A stretch of 63,585 nt of DNA, filler included, from Octopus bimaculoides (GCF_001194135.2; 9 parts of 9 records of this genome joined end to end with filler, not necessarily neighbours in it); one strand, 5' to 3'. Counted from the first letter of the whole stretch, positions 11,731 through 25,125 are shown. Notes: generated by a model from the sequence alone, not told the origin. Translations and numbers: made by a program.

Positions 11731-14099
11731 AATGTATGCACAATACATAGACAGAAGACGCAAAAATCACGACTAGACTGCATTTAAACGTAGGTTATAG
11801 ATCATAGATCAACTAAGGCTGAATATAGGTTACCGGTCCCAATCCTTGGTCATGGATTATCGATCGATCAGGGCCGTCATGGGTATAGATCACGGTTATA
11901 GCCCATAAATCAGAGATCGATCAGAGCTGGTTAAAAGTCGGTCAGAGCTGACTTGTGGCAGAACGACAATTAGCAACCATTTGAGAAATTTTGTCTTATT
12001 ATGACAGTTATTACTGTAATAGTTTGAAATTGAATAAAATGTTATCACATTTAAATAATACTTTATCATTATATTGTTACAAAGATTTCGAAAACTATGA
12101 AAGCTAGTCGTGAATAGTTTATTTCAAAATGTTTTCGTTTTCTTTGGAATATAAATTACTAAAGAAAAAAAGAAAAAAGAAATAAAGAAATTTAGATCTC
12201 GTACGTATTAGCAGTTTGATTTCCGGCAGTATGGTAGGCGGTAAATAGTAACTGGTTTTCTCGTTTAGATTTTCCCATGTAAAGTTAAAAACAAAGTAAC
12301 AGACATTAAAAACAAGCAGTTCTTTAAACCAGTACATGCATACTCACACATGAAACACACACACACGTACACACATTCGCCTGCATATACACTTATTTTT
12401 AGTGCTGAATCAAATTAGGCATGGTTTGTCGAGCTAAAAGACGTGACATAAAATGTCGGAAGTATTCGATGTAAATTATAAGCTTCCATTTTAGATGCTG
12501 TTATTGTTTAACTTCTTGAGAAAGATCCGTCAAAAATTGCGCGGGTTCACGACCACTATAGTTGCTGTATTCGTACTGCGTACATCAAAAGGTTATCGCT
12601 TATTTTAATTTACCAAAGTGTGCTTGGTAAACTGCACTAAAGTTTAAATTGCGCACATTAGCTTTGAACTTAAAATATTTTTGCTCAAAGTATCAAAAGT
12701 TTCGTTCAGTGGGAGGTAACATTTAAAGAGAACGTTACATCCAGGCTAACTCTAACTGAGCAGGCTTCTGAACAAAGGCCTTTCCAGTTGTGATCATCCC
12801 ATTTTGTTTCAGACATAGTTGAACTCAAAGTAGATTGTTCAATAGGTTGTCTTCATTTCCTTTTTGTTTTGTTTTAAAGAAAGCAGCATGTGAATTCATA
12901 AGAATTTGGCTGCTATTTATACCAGATCGAGTAGCCATTAGAGGCCGGTTCTTTAACTTGAATCCAGATTAGAAATAGAGTAAAATAGAAATATCACCCT
13001 AACCCTGCCATCCACCAGAAAATTAGTATGTAGTCTTGCAGTTCAAAATATTGTTTCGGCTTGTTTAACCACCAACTCATATATTACATAAGCAGATGTT
13101 ATGCTAAAAAATTCAAAGTGGGTGTCGGTGATGACGTAGACGATAGAGGGTGGGGCTAAACAGGTTGCTTTCATTTACGAGTTCGAATCACACGTTTAGC
13201 AAATTTGATATATTTCACCATATTTAACAAAATATGTACTGCTGTTGCTGAAATTTAACACCAAGTCAGCCTTGACCAAGCGCTCTTATTTTAACAGTAT
13301 CAGTGTTAGTTGTGAGATCAACTGAACTATATGCTCATTGAATTGGTTTGAAAGTGGCTGAGTATTCCACAGATATGCGTATATTTAAAGTAACTCAAAG
13401 GATTTTTCTTTACTCTTCCGCGCTACGTGTACTTCTTTGCCTCACTCGCTTATCTTGGTGTTCCTTTCCAGTCTGATGTTTGTCACTCACTGTCTCACTC
13501 TCACTTTACCAAACTGACGGCTCTTCTTATCGGCTTTTTGCCCTTTTTAATTCTTGCCATTATTTTTTGGGTTCACCAATCCTTCTTCACTCTGTCAAAG
13601 GTCTATAACTGGAAACGTCAGTTTGCTTTTCGACTCCTCACGACAACCGAACTTATTGAGCACTCTCCTGTGACTTAAGTACCACTCTGAGGTAGAAAAT
13701 AGCCCCAGGCCTACTGATCACTACTACTATTTTTTCCCACACAAATTAATATTTATGTCATCTGCTTTAAATTGTTATTGATTCATGATCGCATTGACCT
13801 GAGATAGGACACCCCTCTATATTGTACATTAGGAAAACATATCCTTTCTTGTATTGTTAAGTGACTGACGAATCTATCATGTAGAAATGAATGAGAAGAG
13901 TTTAAAAAAAACAAAGCTTCTTAAGACTTATTTTGATAAGAATGTTAAACAGGTACTTTGCTGTTTAAGCAGTACAACAGTTGCCCAGCAAATTGAAGAC
14001 TCGTCAGTGAGACTAGCATGGTTCAGGTCTCGTCAGTGAAACTGTTGCTCTTTACTATCTGAAATTGGTGTTTATAATTTCTAATATTAACAGGAGGTC

Positions 14100-14312
14100 G
14101 AAGGCGGCGAGCTGGCAGAATCATTCTTAGCGGCATTTCGTCCGTCTTTACGTTCTGAGTTCAAATTCCGCCCGAGTCAACTTTGCCTTTCATCCTTTCG
14201 GAGCCGATAAAATAAATAATTGTCAAGCACTGGGATTGATGTAATCAACTTACTCTGTACCCTGAAATCGCTGGCATTGTGCCAAAATTTGAAACCAATG
14301 TTAATAAAATGT
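14100..14312 (+). mobile_element. tRNA-derived SINE family B
   Basis: ggcggcgagctggcagaatc...gttctgagttcaaattccgcc...ctttgcctttcatcctttcgg, shared with many other copies in the window. Confidence 0.9.
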
Positions 14313-14744
14313 CGTGTTTATCAATTGCTTCATTTATTCTTTGTTATTGAGAATTTTGTTGACGTCCATCAACGAGAATCTCATAACGTAGTAGCCTTGA
14401 TGATACAAGCCATTTAGAGAGTCTCTATGTAGCCACTCGATCTGCAAGAAGCATCAGCCAAATGTACCCTAAGTACCACTCCACAATCTTGAAAGGAGAG
14501 GACGAACACATTAGATAATGTAGTTCTGGATACTTTTTTCTGCAAAAAGACGGGATGGTCACAAGAGAATATCTTTGGTTACAGATCTCATCATGACAAT
14601 ACTTTCTTTTCAGATATATTTCCGATATCATTGACCGGCATTCCTTTTATATAGCTAAGAAGAACGGAGTGTTTAAGTGACATAATGTGGCGATGGTAGT
14701 GGTGGTGGTGTTGATGATATGAACGGAGAATCGTGAAAGTAGAG

Positions 14745-14845
14745 GGCACACTCCTCCTCCTCCTCCTCCTCCTCCTTTTCTTCTTCTTCTTCTTCTTCTT
14801 CTTCTTCTTCTTCTTCTTCTTCTTCTTCTTCTTCTTCTTCTTCTT
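14745..14845. repeat. (CTC)n(TTC)n microsatellite running into a gap
   Basis: Read directly from the sequence. Confidence 0.95.
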
Positions 14846-15872
14846 NNNNNNNNNNNNNNNNNNNNNNNNNNNNNNNNNNNNNNNNNNNNNNNNNNNNNNN
14901 NNNNNNNNNNNNNNNNNNNNNNNNNNNNNNNNNNNNNNNNNNNNNNNNNNNNNNNNNNNNNNNNNNNNNNNNNNNNNNNNNNNNNNNNNNNNNNNNNNNN
15001 NNNNNNNNNNNNNNNNNNNNNNNNNNNNNNNNNNNNNNNNNNNNNNNNNNNNNNNNNNNNNNNNNNNNNNNNNNNNNNNNNNNNNNNNNNNNNNNNNNNN
15101 NNNNNNNNNNNNNNNNNNNNNNNNNNNNNNNNNNNNNNNNNNNNNNNNNNNNNNNNNNNNNNNNNNNNNNNNNNNNNNNNNNNNNNNNNNNNNNNNNNNN
15201 NNNNNNNNNNNNNNNNNNNNNNNNNNNNNNNNNNNNNNNNNNNNNNNNNNNNNNNNNNNNNNNNNNNNNNNNNNNNNNNNNNNNNNNNNNNNNNNNNNNN
15301 NNNNNNNNNNNNNNNNNNNNNNNNNNNNNNNNNNNNNNNNNNNNNNNNNNNNNNNNNNNNNNNNNNNNNNNNNNNNNNNNNNNNNNNNNNNNNNNNNNNN
15401 NNNNNNNNNNNNNNNNNNNNNNNNNNNNNNNNNNNNNNNNNNNNNNNNNNNNNNNNNNNNNNNNNNNNNNNNNNNNNNNNNNNNNNNNNNNNNNNNNNNN
15501 NNNNNNNNNNNNNNNNNNNNNNNNNNNNNNNNNNNNNNNNNNNNNNNNNNNNNNNNNNNNNNNNNNNNNNNNNNNNNNNNNNNNNNNNNNNNNNNNNNNN
15601 NNNNNNNNNNCAAAAGATTAAAGTAGTTAAAAATAAAAACTTTTGACAGAAGAAAAAGATGCGAATGTGTATTCGCATATGTTCAGTGTACACACGTACA
15701 CAGATATGTAGGCCCATAGTTTACTGGTTGGGGCAGTTGGTCATATGGTCGTCAGGTCATGGGTTTGATTCCCTGACTGGTCGACATGTTATTTTCTTGA
15801 GCAAAATACTTCATTTCACGTTTTGCGCACCCCTCCAAAAAAGGCGGCAAAACTATCACAGTCGCTAGGGCG

Positions 15873-15923
<51 letters not shown>

Positions 15924-16013
15924 CGTATGTACGTGCACGCGTATGTATACGCACGCATGTATATAATATATGTGTGTTTATAGATATGTATGTATTTATA
16001 TATATACATGTAT

Positions 16014-16049
<36 letters not shown>

Positions 16050-16057
16050 GTATATAT

Positions 16058-16221
16058 AGGCGCAGTAGTGGCTGTGTGGTAAGTAGCTTACTTACCAACC
16101 ACATAGTTCTGGGTTCATTCCCACTACGTGGCACCTTGGACAGGTGTCTTCTGCTATAGCCTCGAGCCGACCAAAGCCTTGTGAGTGGATTTGGTTAACG
16201 GAAACTGAAAGAAGCCCGTCG

Positions 16222-16254
<33 letters not shown>

Positions 16255-16436
16255 TTACCCCCGCCATCGCTTGACAACCGATGCTGGCGTGTCTACGTTG
16301 CCGCAATTTAGCGGTTCGGCAAAAGAACCGATAGAATAAGTACTAGGCTTACAAAGAATAAGTTCTGTGGTCGATTTGTTCGACTAAAGGCGGTGCTCCA
16401 GCATGGCCACAGTCAAATGACTGAAACAAATAAAGG
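16058..16436 (+). mobile_element. SINE family A, full length
   Basis: aggcgcagtagtggctgtgtggtaag head, B-box-like gggttcattccc, core gcaccttggacaggtgtcttc, central (AT)n(GT)n, tail gactgaaacaaataaa. Confidence 0.92.
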
Positions 16437-16440
16437 TATA

Positions 16441-16521
<81 letters not shown>

Positions 16522-16949
16522 TCATTCATTGGTAATCCGAACAGTGGGCATCAGCTTGGTAATAGAATATCTAAGTACTCACGAGGAAGAAAAGGGAAAA
16601 TGAAAAAATCCCCCAAAACAACCTTTTCTTTCAACGCTGTGACAAAAGCAACACCAGCAAACAAAAGTACAGTCATTATAATTAACTGTGAAGACAGAAA
16701 AGCAATGTAATTACATTGAATATTTACTTTTGCTCTTTGTTCTTGTTTTGAATTTTGGTTTATGGTTTTTTTCCTTGCTTTTCTTTACGTGCGCGCGCTC
16801 GTCTGTAAGTGCGTGTGCGTGTATAAGTGCGTGTGTGTTGTGTGTGTATATTGGGGATGTGTGTTGTGTTTGCATTCACGACCATATATATACTACGTGC
16901 TTATGGGTTCGTGAATAATTTTCATACAGGAATATATATATATATATAT

Positions 16950-17110
16950 TCACCATGTTTTTCTCCTTGTCTCCGTATTCTTTCTGTTGAATAGCGTAGC
17001 TCGAGACGTTAAAGACTTTCCGTATTCCCGAGCGTCATACTAATACATCCTTTTGTTGTTTACACCACCTGTCCTCGTCTGTTGTTGTTTTTTCGTACAT
17101 TCTCCCATAT
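16950..17110 (+). mobile_element. PLE-derived pseudo-LTR fragment with a degenerate hammerhead-like motif (16979-17015)
   Basis: UCUUU CUGUUGA A UAGC GUA GCUC GAGAC GUU AAAGA has the same layout as 58265-58300 but carries core substitutions. Confidence 0.5.
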
Positions 17111-17294
17111 ATATATATATATATATATATANNNNNNNNNNNNNNNNNNNNNNNNNNNNNNNNNNNNNNNNNNNNTTAATTAATTAANNNNNNNNNNNNN
17201 NNNNNNNNNNNNNNNNNNNNNNNNNNNNNNNAAACGGAGTAAAAAGGAAAAGGAATGATACAATGATATATTAGTTTCAAATAGTTTCCTCAGA

Positions 17295-17337
17295 CAAACC
17301 GTCCAACCCATGCTAGCATGGAAAGCGGACATTAAGC

Positions 17338-17368
<31 letters not shown>

Positions 17369-17480
17369 ATGATGATGATGATGATTATGATGATGATTAT
17401 GATGATTATGATGATGATGACGATGATGACGACGACGACGACGACGACGATGATGACGATGATGATGATGATGATGATGA
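17295..17480 (+). mobile_element. RTE 3'-terminal fragment with an expanded (GAT)n tail
   Basis: aaccgtccaacccatgctagcatggaaagcggacattaagcgatgatg matches the terminus of the RTE at 61265-61329. Confidence 0.8.
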
Positions 17481-17499
17481 AGAACCTTTTAACCTCTGT

Positions 17500-17880
17500 A
17501 GGTCATTTTATTTCCACTTGGCCTTATATGCAGCTCTGAAGAAGTGTCTGCCATTCTACCTAAATGAAATGTGGGGTTGTTGTCCATTAATAGCCCATCA
17601 ACTGGGCCCTCTTTCCAGAAATATCTTGCCCAGCACCCTGGCAATTTCAGCTGAAGCCCTCTTTCTGATTTTTCACCATATTACCATCAGTCTTGGTCCA
17701 CAGTCAATCGTTGAGAGGTACAATCCTTCCTCATCACATGTCCCATCACTTGCTAGCCTCTTCCAGCCTTCTTCTAGCGGAACCTTGTACATATTCAGTG
17801 TGGGATCAATGGACTGACACCTGTCACTGACCCTGACCAACTGCCAGACGCTCTCCTTGGTCACATCAGGCCTTGAAATG
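17500..17880 (-). mobile_element. Degenerate RTE-like LINE C-terminal fragment
   Basis: One minus frame contains GHVMRKD...YGEKSERG, like the RTE WxGHVxRM...YG...RGR region. Many stops. Confidence 0.4.
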
Positions 17881-18077
17881 CTGAAAGCAAAATTGACTTT
17901 GGCAGGATCTCTAGCTAAATACTGGAAAGGATTTTGTTTGATCTAATGATTCTGTTAATCCACTACTCTTGATTATGATGATAATGATGATGATGACAAC
18001 GACGACGATGATGATGATGACAACGACGACGATGATGATGATGGCCATGACAACATCACTGAGGGGGCAAGAAGAGA

Positions 18078-18310
18078 AGGGGGAGCTGGCAGAAACGTTA
18101 GCGTGCCGGGCGAAATGCTTAGCGGTATTTTGTCTGCCATTGCATTCTGAGTTCAAATTCTGCCAACGTCGACTTTGTCTTTCATCCTTTCGGGGTCGAT
18201 AAATTAAGTACCAGTTATGCACCAAGGTCGATCTAATCAACTTAATCCCTTTGTCTGTCCTTGATTGTCCCCTCTATGTTTAGCCCCCTGTGGGCAATAA
18301 AGAAATAAGA
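18078..18310 (+). mobile_element. SINE family B, subtype ending ttagcccc.tgtgggcaataaagaaata
   Basis: Near-identical to 51795-52005 and 28925-29140. Confidence 0.92.
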
Positions 18311-18620
18311 AGAGAAGGGGGGAGGAGGAAGAAGGAGAAGAAGAAGAAGAAGAAGAAGAAGGGATGATGAGGAGGTAGAAGAGGAGAAAGAAGAGGAGAA
18401 AGAAGAGGAGGAGGAGGAAGAGAAGAAGAAAGGGAGGGAGGAAGGGAGGGAGGAGGGAGAAGAGAAGAAAGAGAAAGGAGGAAGAGGAGGAGGAGGAAGA
18501 AGAGGAGAAAGAGAAGAAGAAGAACAAGAAGAAGAACAAGAACAACAACAACAACAACAACAACAATAACAACAACAACAACAAGCAGAAAAAGAACAAG
18601 AAGAAAAATGAGAACACAGA
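18311..18620. repeat. Purine-rich (GAA/GAG)n to (AAC)n low-complexity tract
   Basis: Read directly; it explains the poly-L/S/V ORFs. Confidence 0.95.
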
Positions 18621-18805
18621 GCAAGACAGAAGAAAGCCGCAGACACAGTAATTAGATATTTGCTCGTTAACATTAAGATTATAAAAATAAATAAATAATA
18701 ATAATATTAACGATGAAGTCAAATGATATTTTTCAAAGCAGACAGTGTTGAAACGAGGCCACATCAAAAGTATTGGACAGTTTTGTGTTTTGAGTTATTA
18801 ATTAT

Positions 18806-18990
18806 ACAGGCAGGTCTGTAGTGTTAAGAAGCCTGCTTTGTAGCCACATGGTTTTAGGTTCAGTCCCATGGCATGGCACAGCACTTTGGGTGAGTGTCTT
18901 CTACTAAAGCTCTGAGCCAACAAATGCACCAGAAGCTTGTGAGAATTTGGTAAATGGAAACTGTGAGGAAGCCCATTGACTCGATTTCTG
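18806..18990 (+). mobile_element. SINE family A, 5' half, diverged
   Basis: Head and core align to family A. Confidence 0.8.
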
Positions 18991-19149
18991 AGTGTTTCCA
19001 CATGTCCGTGACATGGAAAGTTTTAATTTTTTGTCGTTGTATAGAGTCTAATGAGCTCTCCACAAGGCTTTGGCTTTGTGGATATGAAATCTTTGGTAAC
19101 TTTACGTCCAAAATTTAAATCTTTGTAATATATATATATATATATATAC

Positions 19150-19410
19150 ATACCATCCGAACGTGGTTGGTGCCAGTACCCCTGACTAGCTCCCATGCCA
19201 GTGGGACGTAAAAAGCACTATCTGAATGTGATCGATGCCAGGGCCACCTGACTGGTTCCTGTGCCAGTGGCACGTAAAAAGGCATCCAGCTGTAGAAATA
19301 TTGTTGGATCAGATTGAAGCCTGGTGCAGTCTCCTGGCTTTCCAGACCTCAGTCAAACCATCCAACCCATGACAGTATGGAAAATGGACGTTAAACGATG
19401 ATGATGATAT
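19150..19410 (+). mobile_element. RTE 3' UTR fragment
   Basis: Two actggc...gccagtgg units, then catccaacccatg...gacgttaaacgatgatgat, as at 60860-61329. Confidence 0.85.
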
Positions 19411-19519
19411 TGATACATGTGCACATGTATATACACATTTGTACATACTTGCAAACATGGCATATCACTGACACATTTCAAGAAAGATGAAATGCCTCTG
19501 TCATTCTTGTGAATCACTG

Positions 19520-20040
19520 TAGTGACAACATTCATCCTAAAATGGCTTGTATTGTGCTTTTTGACACAAAATGTCTAGGAAGAGATTTTACCTCAGACAA
19601 TTCCACAGCATCATGTCTTCTAACAGTGTATATACATTTACTATAATACACAGGTGGCTATTTTACTTTAATACTGTTTCAATTGCAAACTCTGAAATTT
19701 TTATAACCAGAAATGAGATCACATTTAAAAGCTCCTTTAAGCCAATTGTTCCAAGGTGGACGATGCTCTTCTTCGGTAAACATGTCTTATCTTGTGTACT
19801 TAAAAGTGCTGTTACTATTGATGCTTAAGTTCTTATTGACAATGGCTTGCTTCATGCATTCCATGTTCTTTTAAGTCTTTGATTTTTTCATTCTAGTGCT
19901 TCTTGCTGCAAGCAGTTTATTTCACACGATCTTTTTCTTCAAACATATGTTGTCTCTTTTCTGGAGATTCTTGTTGTTCACAGTTCATTTCATGGATTTT
20001 TGCTTTACATTTTCAAGACTTTGTCGTCTTTTGTCCCAGG
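19520..20040 (-). mobile_element. Possible decayed Helitron RepHel N-terminal region
   Basis: Frameshifted minus frames give charged R/E-rich repeats, then WLKGAFKCDLISGYK and ...GKISLP, resembling the AFxYD...CC..GK..LP zinc-finger region of Helitrons. Confidence 0.35.
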
Positions 20041-20206
20041 TCATTTAGTTTGCCAAATTTTGGCAGCATCTTAACCCTTTCGTTACTGTAAATATTTTGA
20101 GATGCACTGTGTTTCTTTCAATTAATTTAAAAATATAACAAAGAATTTAGTAAAATAACCCTTTCGATACCAATCCAGCTGAAACCGCCTCTGGCTCTGA
20201 GTACAA

Positions 20207-20253
<47 letters not shown>

Positions 20254-20399
20254 AATGTATATACATATATCCATATATATATGTGTATATATATATAAAT
20301 AGTGGAGGCACAATGGCCCAGTGGTTATGTATATATAAATATGTCTATATATTTATGTATATACATAAATATATTTATATATGTATATATATATGTGTG

Positions 20400-20467
<68 letters not shown>

Positions 20468-20877
20468 CATATATATACATATATATATATATGTATGTAT
20501 GTATGTATATATCCCACCGGCATGGAAAACAGATGTTACAGGNNNNNNNNNNNNNNNNNNNNNNNNNNNNNNNNNNNNNNNNNNNNTTAATTAATTAANN
20601 NNNNNNNNNNNNNNNNNNNNNNNNNNNNNNNNNNNNNNNNNNTAAAGAGAGGAGGAGAGAGAATCGTCAGAGTGCATTTCTTCTGGCTTTACGTTCTTAG
20701 TTCATTTTTTGCTGACATCACCTTTCATTCTTTCGGTGGGTGGGGCAATTTAAAATAAGTATCATGTGCGCACTGAAGTTGATGTAATCGACTAGACGCC
20801 TACCCACGAATTTTCAGAACGTGTGCCTCTAGTAGAAACGATTATTATTATCATTATTATTATTACTATTATTTGAA

Positions 20878-21095
20878 GACAGCGAGCTGACAGAATCGTT
20901 AGCGCGCTGGACGAAATGCTTAGAGGTATTTCGCCCGTCGCTACGTTCTGAGTTCAAATTCCGCCGACATCGACTTTGTCTTTCATCCTTTCGCGGTCGA
21001 TAAATTAAGCACCAGTTGCATACTGTGGTTGATCTAATCGACTGGCCCCCTCCCCGCAAAATTTCGGGCTCTGTGCCTATAGTAGAAAGGATTAT
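20878..21095 (+). mobile_element. SINE family B, subtype ending gactggcccctcccc...gtgcctatagtagaaaggattatt
   Basis: Aligns to 40897-41105 and 49825-50040. Confidence 0.9.
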
Positions 21096-21198
21096 TACAA
21101 TTACATGGTCACGGCTATGGTGAGCTTGCGAAAATATGAAAAAATTCTCTATATATAATTCACTATTTTAGATATTGAGTTCTTTCATATATTGACTA

Positions 21199-21363
21199 CG
21201 GCGGGCTTCTTTCAGTTTCCGTCTACCAAATCCACTTACAAGGTTTTGGTTGACCTGGTGCTATAGCAGAAGACAGTTTGCTCAAGGTGCCATGTAGTAG
21301 GACTGAACCCGGAACCATGTAGATGAGAAGCAAACTTCTTACCACACAGCCACGCCTGCGCCT
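21199..21363 (-). mobile_element. SINE family A, 5' half
   Basis: Reverse complement of the family A head and core. Confidence 0.88.
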
Positions 21364-22386
21364 GTGACGAAAAGGCAATAAATAACATCAGGATGTTCAC
21401 GATTGGAAGACTTTTGACCAGAAATCTGCTCGATCCTAGTTAATCTCGAGCTAAACAATAAAACGTAATCAGTAAATATTGAAAAAATATATAAATTCAT
21501 TGACATGTTTGTGTAGGATTACTATTTGAGCATTAAAAAAAGATATGCAGTGTGAACATGTGATCCGTAGTGCGTGTTCGACCGACGAATAAAAAAAATA
21601 TCTATATATCTAACAAAAAGGTATATTACCTTGAAGATTTATCACACTGAAATTTCTACCAACCTAATGCATGATACATAAAAGCCAGGTGCGAGATTAT
21701 TCGACAAATATCAAGTGACAGCAGACGCGATTTTTATTTATGAAGTGAAATACTGAGCGAATGAGTCACACAACGACACCTATAAAGTGGAGAGAGACGT
21801 TGGCTCCCTTTTTTAAGATCAATTCATCCTAATGATGTTCCGTTAGATTCTGTTGAAGATTATAAAATTAGTTCCAGCCCATAGTTTGCCTACATTTATC
21901 TTGTTTTACTACGTAAATCTTTTCTTAATCCGAAAGGATCACATTCTTTCCTATTAGTGTTACTTCTGCACATGCCTTCATTCTGCCGAAAAGTCTTTTA
22001 TGACTACAAATTCTTATGTCGTCTATTACACACACACACACACACGATATTATCCATGCTTTTTGATTTTTATATTTCCTGTTCTCCTCATAACTCATCC
22101 ATTTAACCGTTCGCTTTTCTAGACCCTCGTCTTTTTTTTTTTCTTCTTTTTGCACTTCTCTTATTTAGTCTCATGCGTAATTTTTTACACCCCAGTGGCT
22201 TTTTGTTGTTGACGCTACCAGGGTTAAAAATTATTGTCGATAAGGTGTCGAGACAGTGATGATTTTTGGCCGATATCTGATGGGGGGTGAGCTTGTCTAC
22301 GTCTTGCGTGTATTTTCCTGTTTTCCGTATGTCTTCTCGTCGTCCTCCAGTGCCACATTTTACTATAATATATATAATATATTATA

Positions 22387-22420
22387 CTAGAGTTTTACCT
22401 GACATACGACAGGTCCCGTT
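22387..22420 (-). mobile_element. Possible Helitron 3' terminus
   Basis: Minus strand: hairpin ACCTG...CAGGT, 6 nt, then CTAG followed by T. 5' end not identified. Confidence 0.4.
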
Positions 22421-23005
22421 GGAAGTATACCTTTACCATTATGGATAATAGAAAATATGGCGTACATACTATAATCATATTTGAACTCATCAAATTTCCT
22501 GGTACTTATACAAAATACTGAAACGAATACAAATTTTCAAAAGAAAACTATTTATTACCATAAAATAAAACTAAATAAAACAAAGCAATAACGTGCATAT
22601 TCATCATTAATACATTCCAGCAGATTGGAACGTGAATTTACTAATCACTGATGTATTTTGTCTCAGGAAAACAACTTATTTCTCATTTGTATAATTCCTG
22701 CTGTAATTACTCTGTCATTTACTCATTTAATCTTTCTCTTCCGCATCCTTTTCCTCATTCCATGTTTCTGTAGTATTCTTTTATTGCATGCGACGAAGCC
22801 TAGTATGTTCACTCATCTTGCACTTTCTTCTTAACACTATATGTGTCTCATTTTTACTCTTACCTTCCTCTCTCTATGGTATAAAGAGTAGCTATCCAAA
22901 TCAATCAATCAACCAACCAACCAACTGGTATTTAATATTGACTATTATTGTATAGGTACAAATATAATTCTTTCTCAAATAATAATTCTTTCACTTCATA
23001 TTCCA

Positions 23006-23086
23006 GGCTCCGATGAAGCTATAAGGTGTTACTCAAGCACTCGACTATGAGTCCATTGCATCATATAGCAGGAACAGCTGTAAGCT
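23006..23086 (+). ncRNA. Hammerhead ribozyme-like motif (CCGAUGA core variant, long stem II loop)
   Basis: GGCU CCGAUGA A GCUAUA [40 nt] UAUAGC A GGAAC AGCU GUA AGCU. Same layout as 1879-1927, with one core change (GGAAC for GAAAC). Confidence 0.55.
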
Positions 23087-23301
23087 AATGAAGTTTATAA
23101 GATAATCATGTATTCTTTTGTCATCTCTTTCTTATTTCCACTCTATGCTAAGCCAACACTTACTTCTGAAACATACGTATATTGAGTTCTACATCAGGTT
23201 TCGCAATGTCAAAGCGATGTTATACGTGTGTGTGTTTGTCTGTGTGTGTGTGTGTGTGCGTGTGTGTGTGTGTGCGCGCGCGCGCGTGTGTGTGTGCGTA
23301 T

Positions 23302-23555
23302 GGAAATCGTGCAGGAGAATTGGAGGGCAGGGTGGAAAGATTGGACAAAATAGAGGAAGTAATCTAGTTGTTCGCGGGAGAGCGAGGTCGCACAAATACA
23401 GTCATCAATATAACGACCATATAGTTCGGGAGTGGGGCCAGTGAATCTTGAAAATATTTGGGCCTCAACGTAGCGAACGAACAGGTTTGCATAGTTGGGG
23501 CCCATTCTCATTCCCATGGTCACTCCCGAGACCTCTTGATAAAACTTCCCTGCAA
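23302..23555 (-). mobile_element. Penelope-like element reverse transcriptase fragment
   Basis: GKFYQEVSGVTMGMRMGPNYANLFVRYVEAQIFSRFTGPTPELYGRYIDDCICATSLSREQLDYFLYFVQSFHPALQFSCTIS contains the PLE GxxMG...PxYANLF and RYIDD motifs. Confidence 0.9.
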
Positions 23556-23759
23556 NNNNNNNNNNNNNNNNNNNNNNNNNNNNNNNNNNNNNNNNNNNNN
23601 NNNNNNNNNNNNNNNNNNNNNNNNNNNNNNNNNNNNNNNNNNNNNNNNNNNNNNNNNNNNNNNNNNNNNNNNNNNNNNNNNNNNNNNNNNNNNNNNNNNN
23701 NNNNNNNNNNNNNNNNNNNNNNNNNNNNNNNNNATATATATATATATATATATATATAA

Positions 23760-24100
23760 TTAAGGGATCAGCAACAGTTGCTTCACCACATACCGAAGTT
23801 CAGAAATAGCAGCTAAAGTGCTAAAACTCCAACAGATAGCAATACTTGTAACTCACAAAGGCAAAACAAATAAAAACGGACAACATGAGGACGTGCATAA
23901 GAAATGTCGTAGTTTGACCCTCGGTAAAAGGAGAGAGTTTGATATTTCGAACATAGCTCTTCGTCGGAAATGAGAAAGGAAAAGTCCAAAGAAAGAAAAG
24001 AAATCACCAACAGCACACGGAAGTAGAAAGAGATACAGAAAGTGGCTTTTTGAAACAGGAGAGTGTGAAGATGTGTGTGGGACAGGAGAATGTGAAGATG
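23760..24100 (-). mobile_element. PLE pseudo-LTR-like segment with a hammerhead motif at 23937-23970
   Basis: Minus strand reads UUU CCGACGA A GAGC UAU GUUC GAAAU AUC AAAC. The flank (gttggtgattt...ttggacttttcc) is shared with 58210-58300. Confidence 0.6.
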
Positions 24101-24489
24101 TGTGTGTGGTAGTATCTGTGTTCGCGCGTGTTTGTGTGGGTAATATGTGTGTGTATGTCTGTATGCGTGTGTGGTTTTGTATTTGTATGGGTGGTATGTG
24201 TGTGTGTGTGTGTGGTATATTCAGTGTGCCTGTGTTTGTGTGAGCAGTATGTGTATGTAGTATCGGCACATTGGACAAAAAAGACTAGATAGTCACAACT
24301 GTTAGTCTTTTGAGTATGAGAATGTCTTATCATATTTGTTTTGGGGCCATTCAACAACAGTACCCAGCTATATATCCACACATATGTAACTAAGAAAATG
24401 TGTTTGTATTTACTCTAATAACATTAAACAGAATCACGCACAAATGTCCTTGCAGTCATAATTTCTATTCTTTTCACGATCTTCTCTTA

Positions 24490-24490
24490 T

Positions 24491-24585
<95 letters not shown>

Positions 24586-24611
24586 CTCTCTCTCTCTCTG
24601 TCTCTCTCTCA

Positions 24612-24678
<67 letters not shown>

Positions 24679-25031
24679 ACTCCCCTCTTTCGTCTTCTTT
24701 TTGTCGCAGTCTTTATGTCTTTCTCTATCTCAATTCAATCTTACACCTCATTCTCATCATCATCATCATCATCTTTCGTCATCGTCATCATCTATCGTCA
24801 TCATCATGGTCATCAAAATTAGAATGCTTCAATCATCATACATCGTCATTGTCACCATAGTAACCCCAATCATGATCATCACTACCATCACCACCACCAC
24901 CACCACCACCACCACCTACGAGCATCATCATCAGCATCATCGTTGTTATTGTCATCATCGTCATCATGATGACGGCGATGATGACTAGCAACATCATCGT
25001 CATCATCATCTTTGTTATCATCATCATCATC

Positions 25032-25063
<32 letters not shown>

Positions 25064-25125
25064 CATCGTCGTCGTCGTCGTCGTTACCATCATCATCGTC
25101 GTTGTTGCCATCATCATCGCCATCA
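24490..25125. repeat. Compound (CT)n, (CTAT)n and (CAT/CAC/GTC)n microsatellites
   Basis: Read directly from the sequence. Confidence 0.95.
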
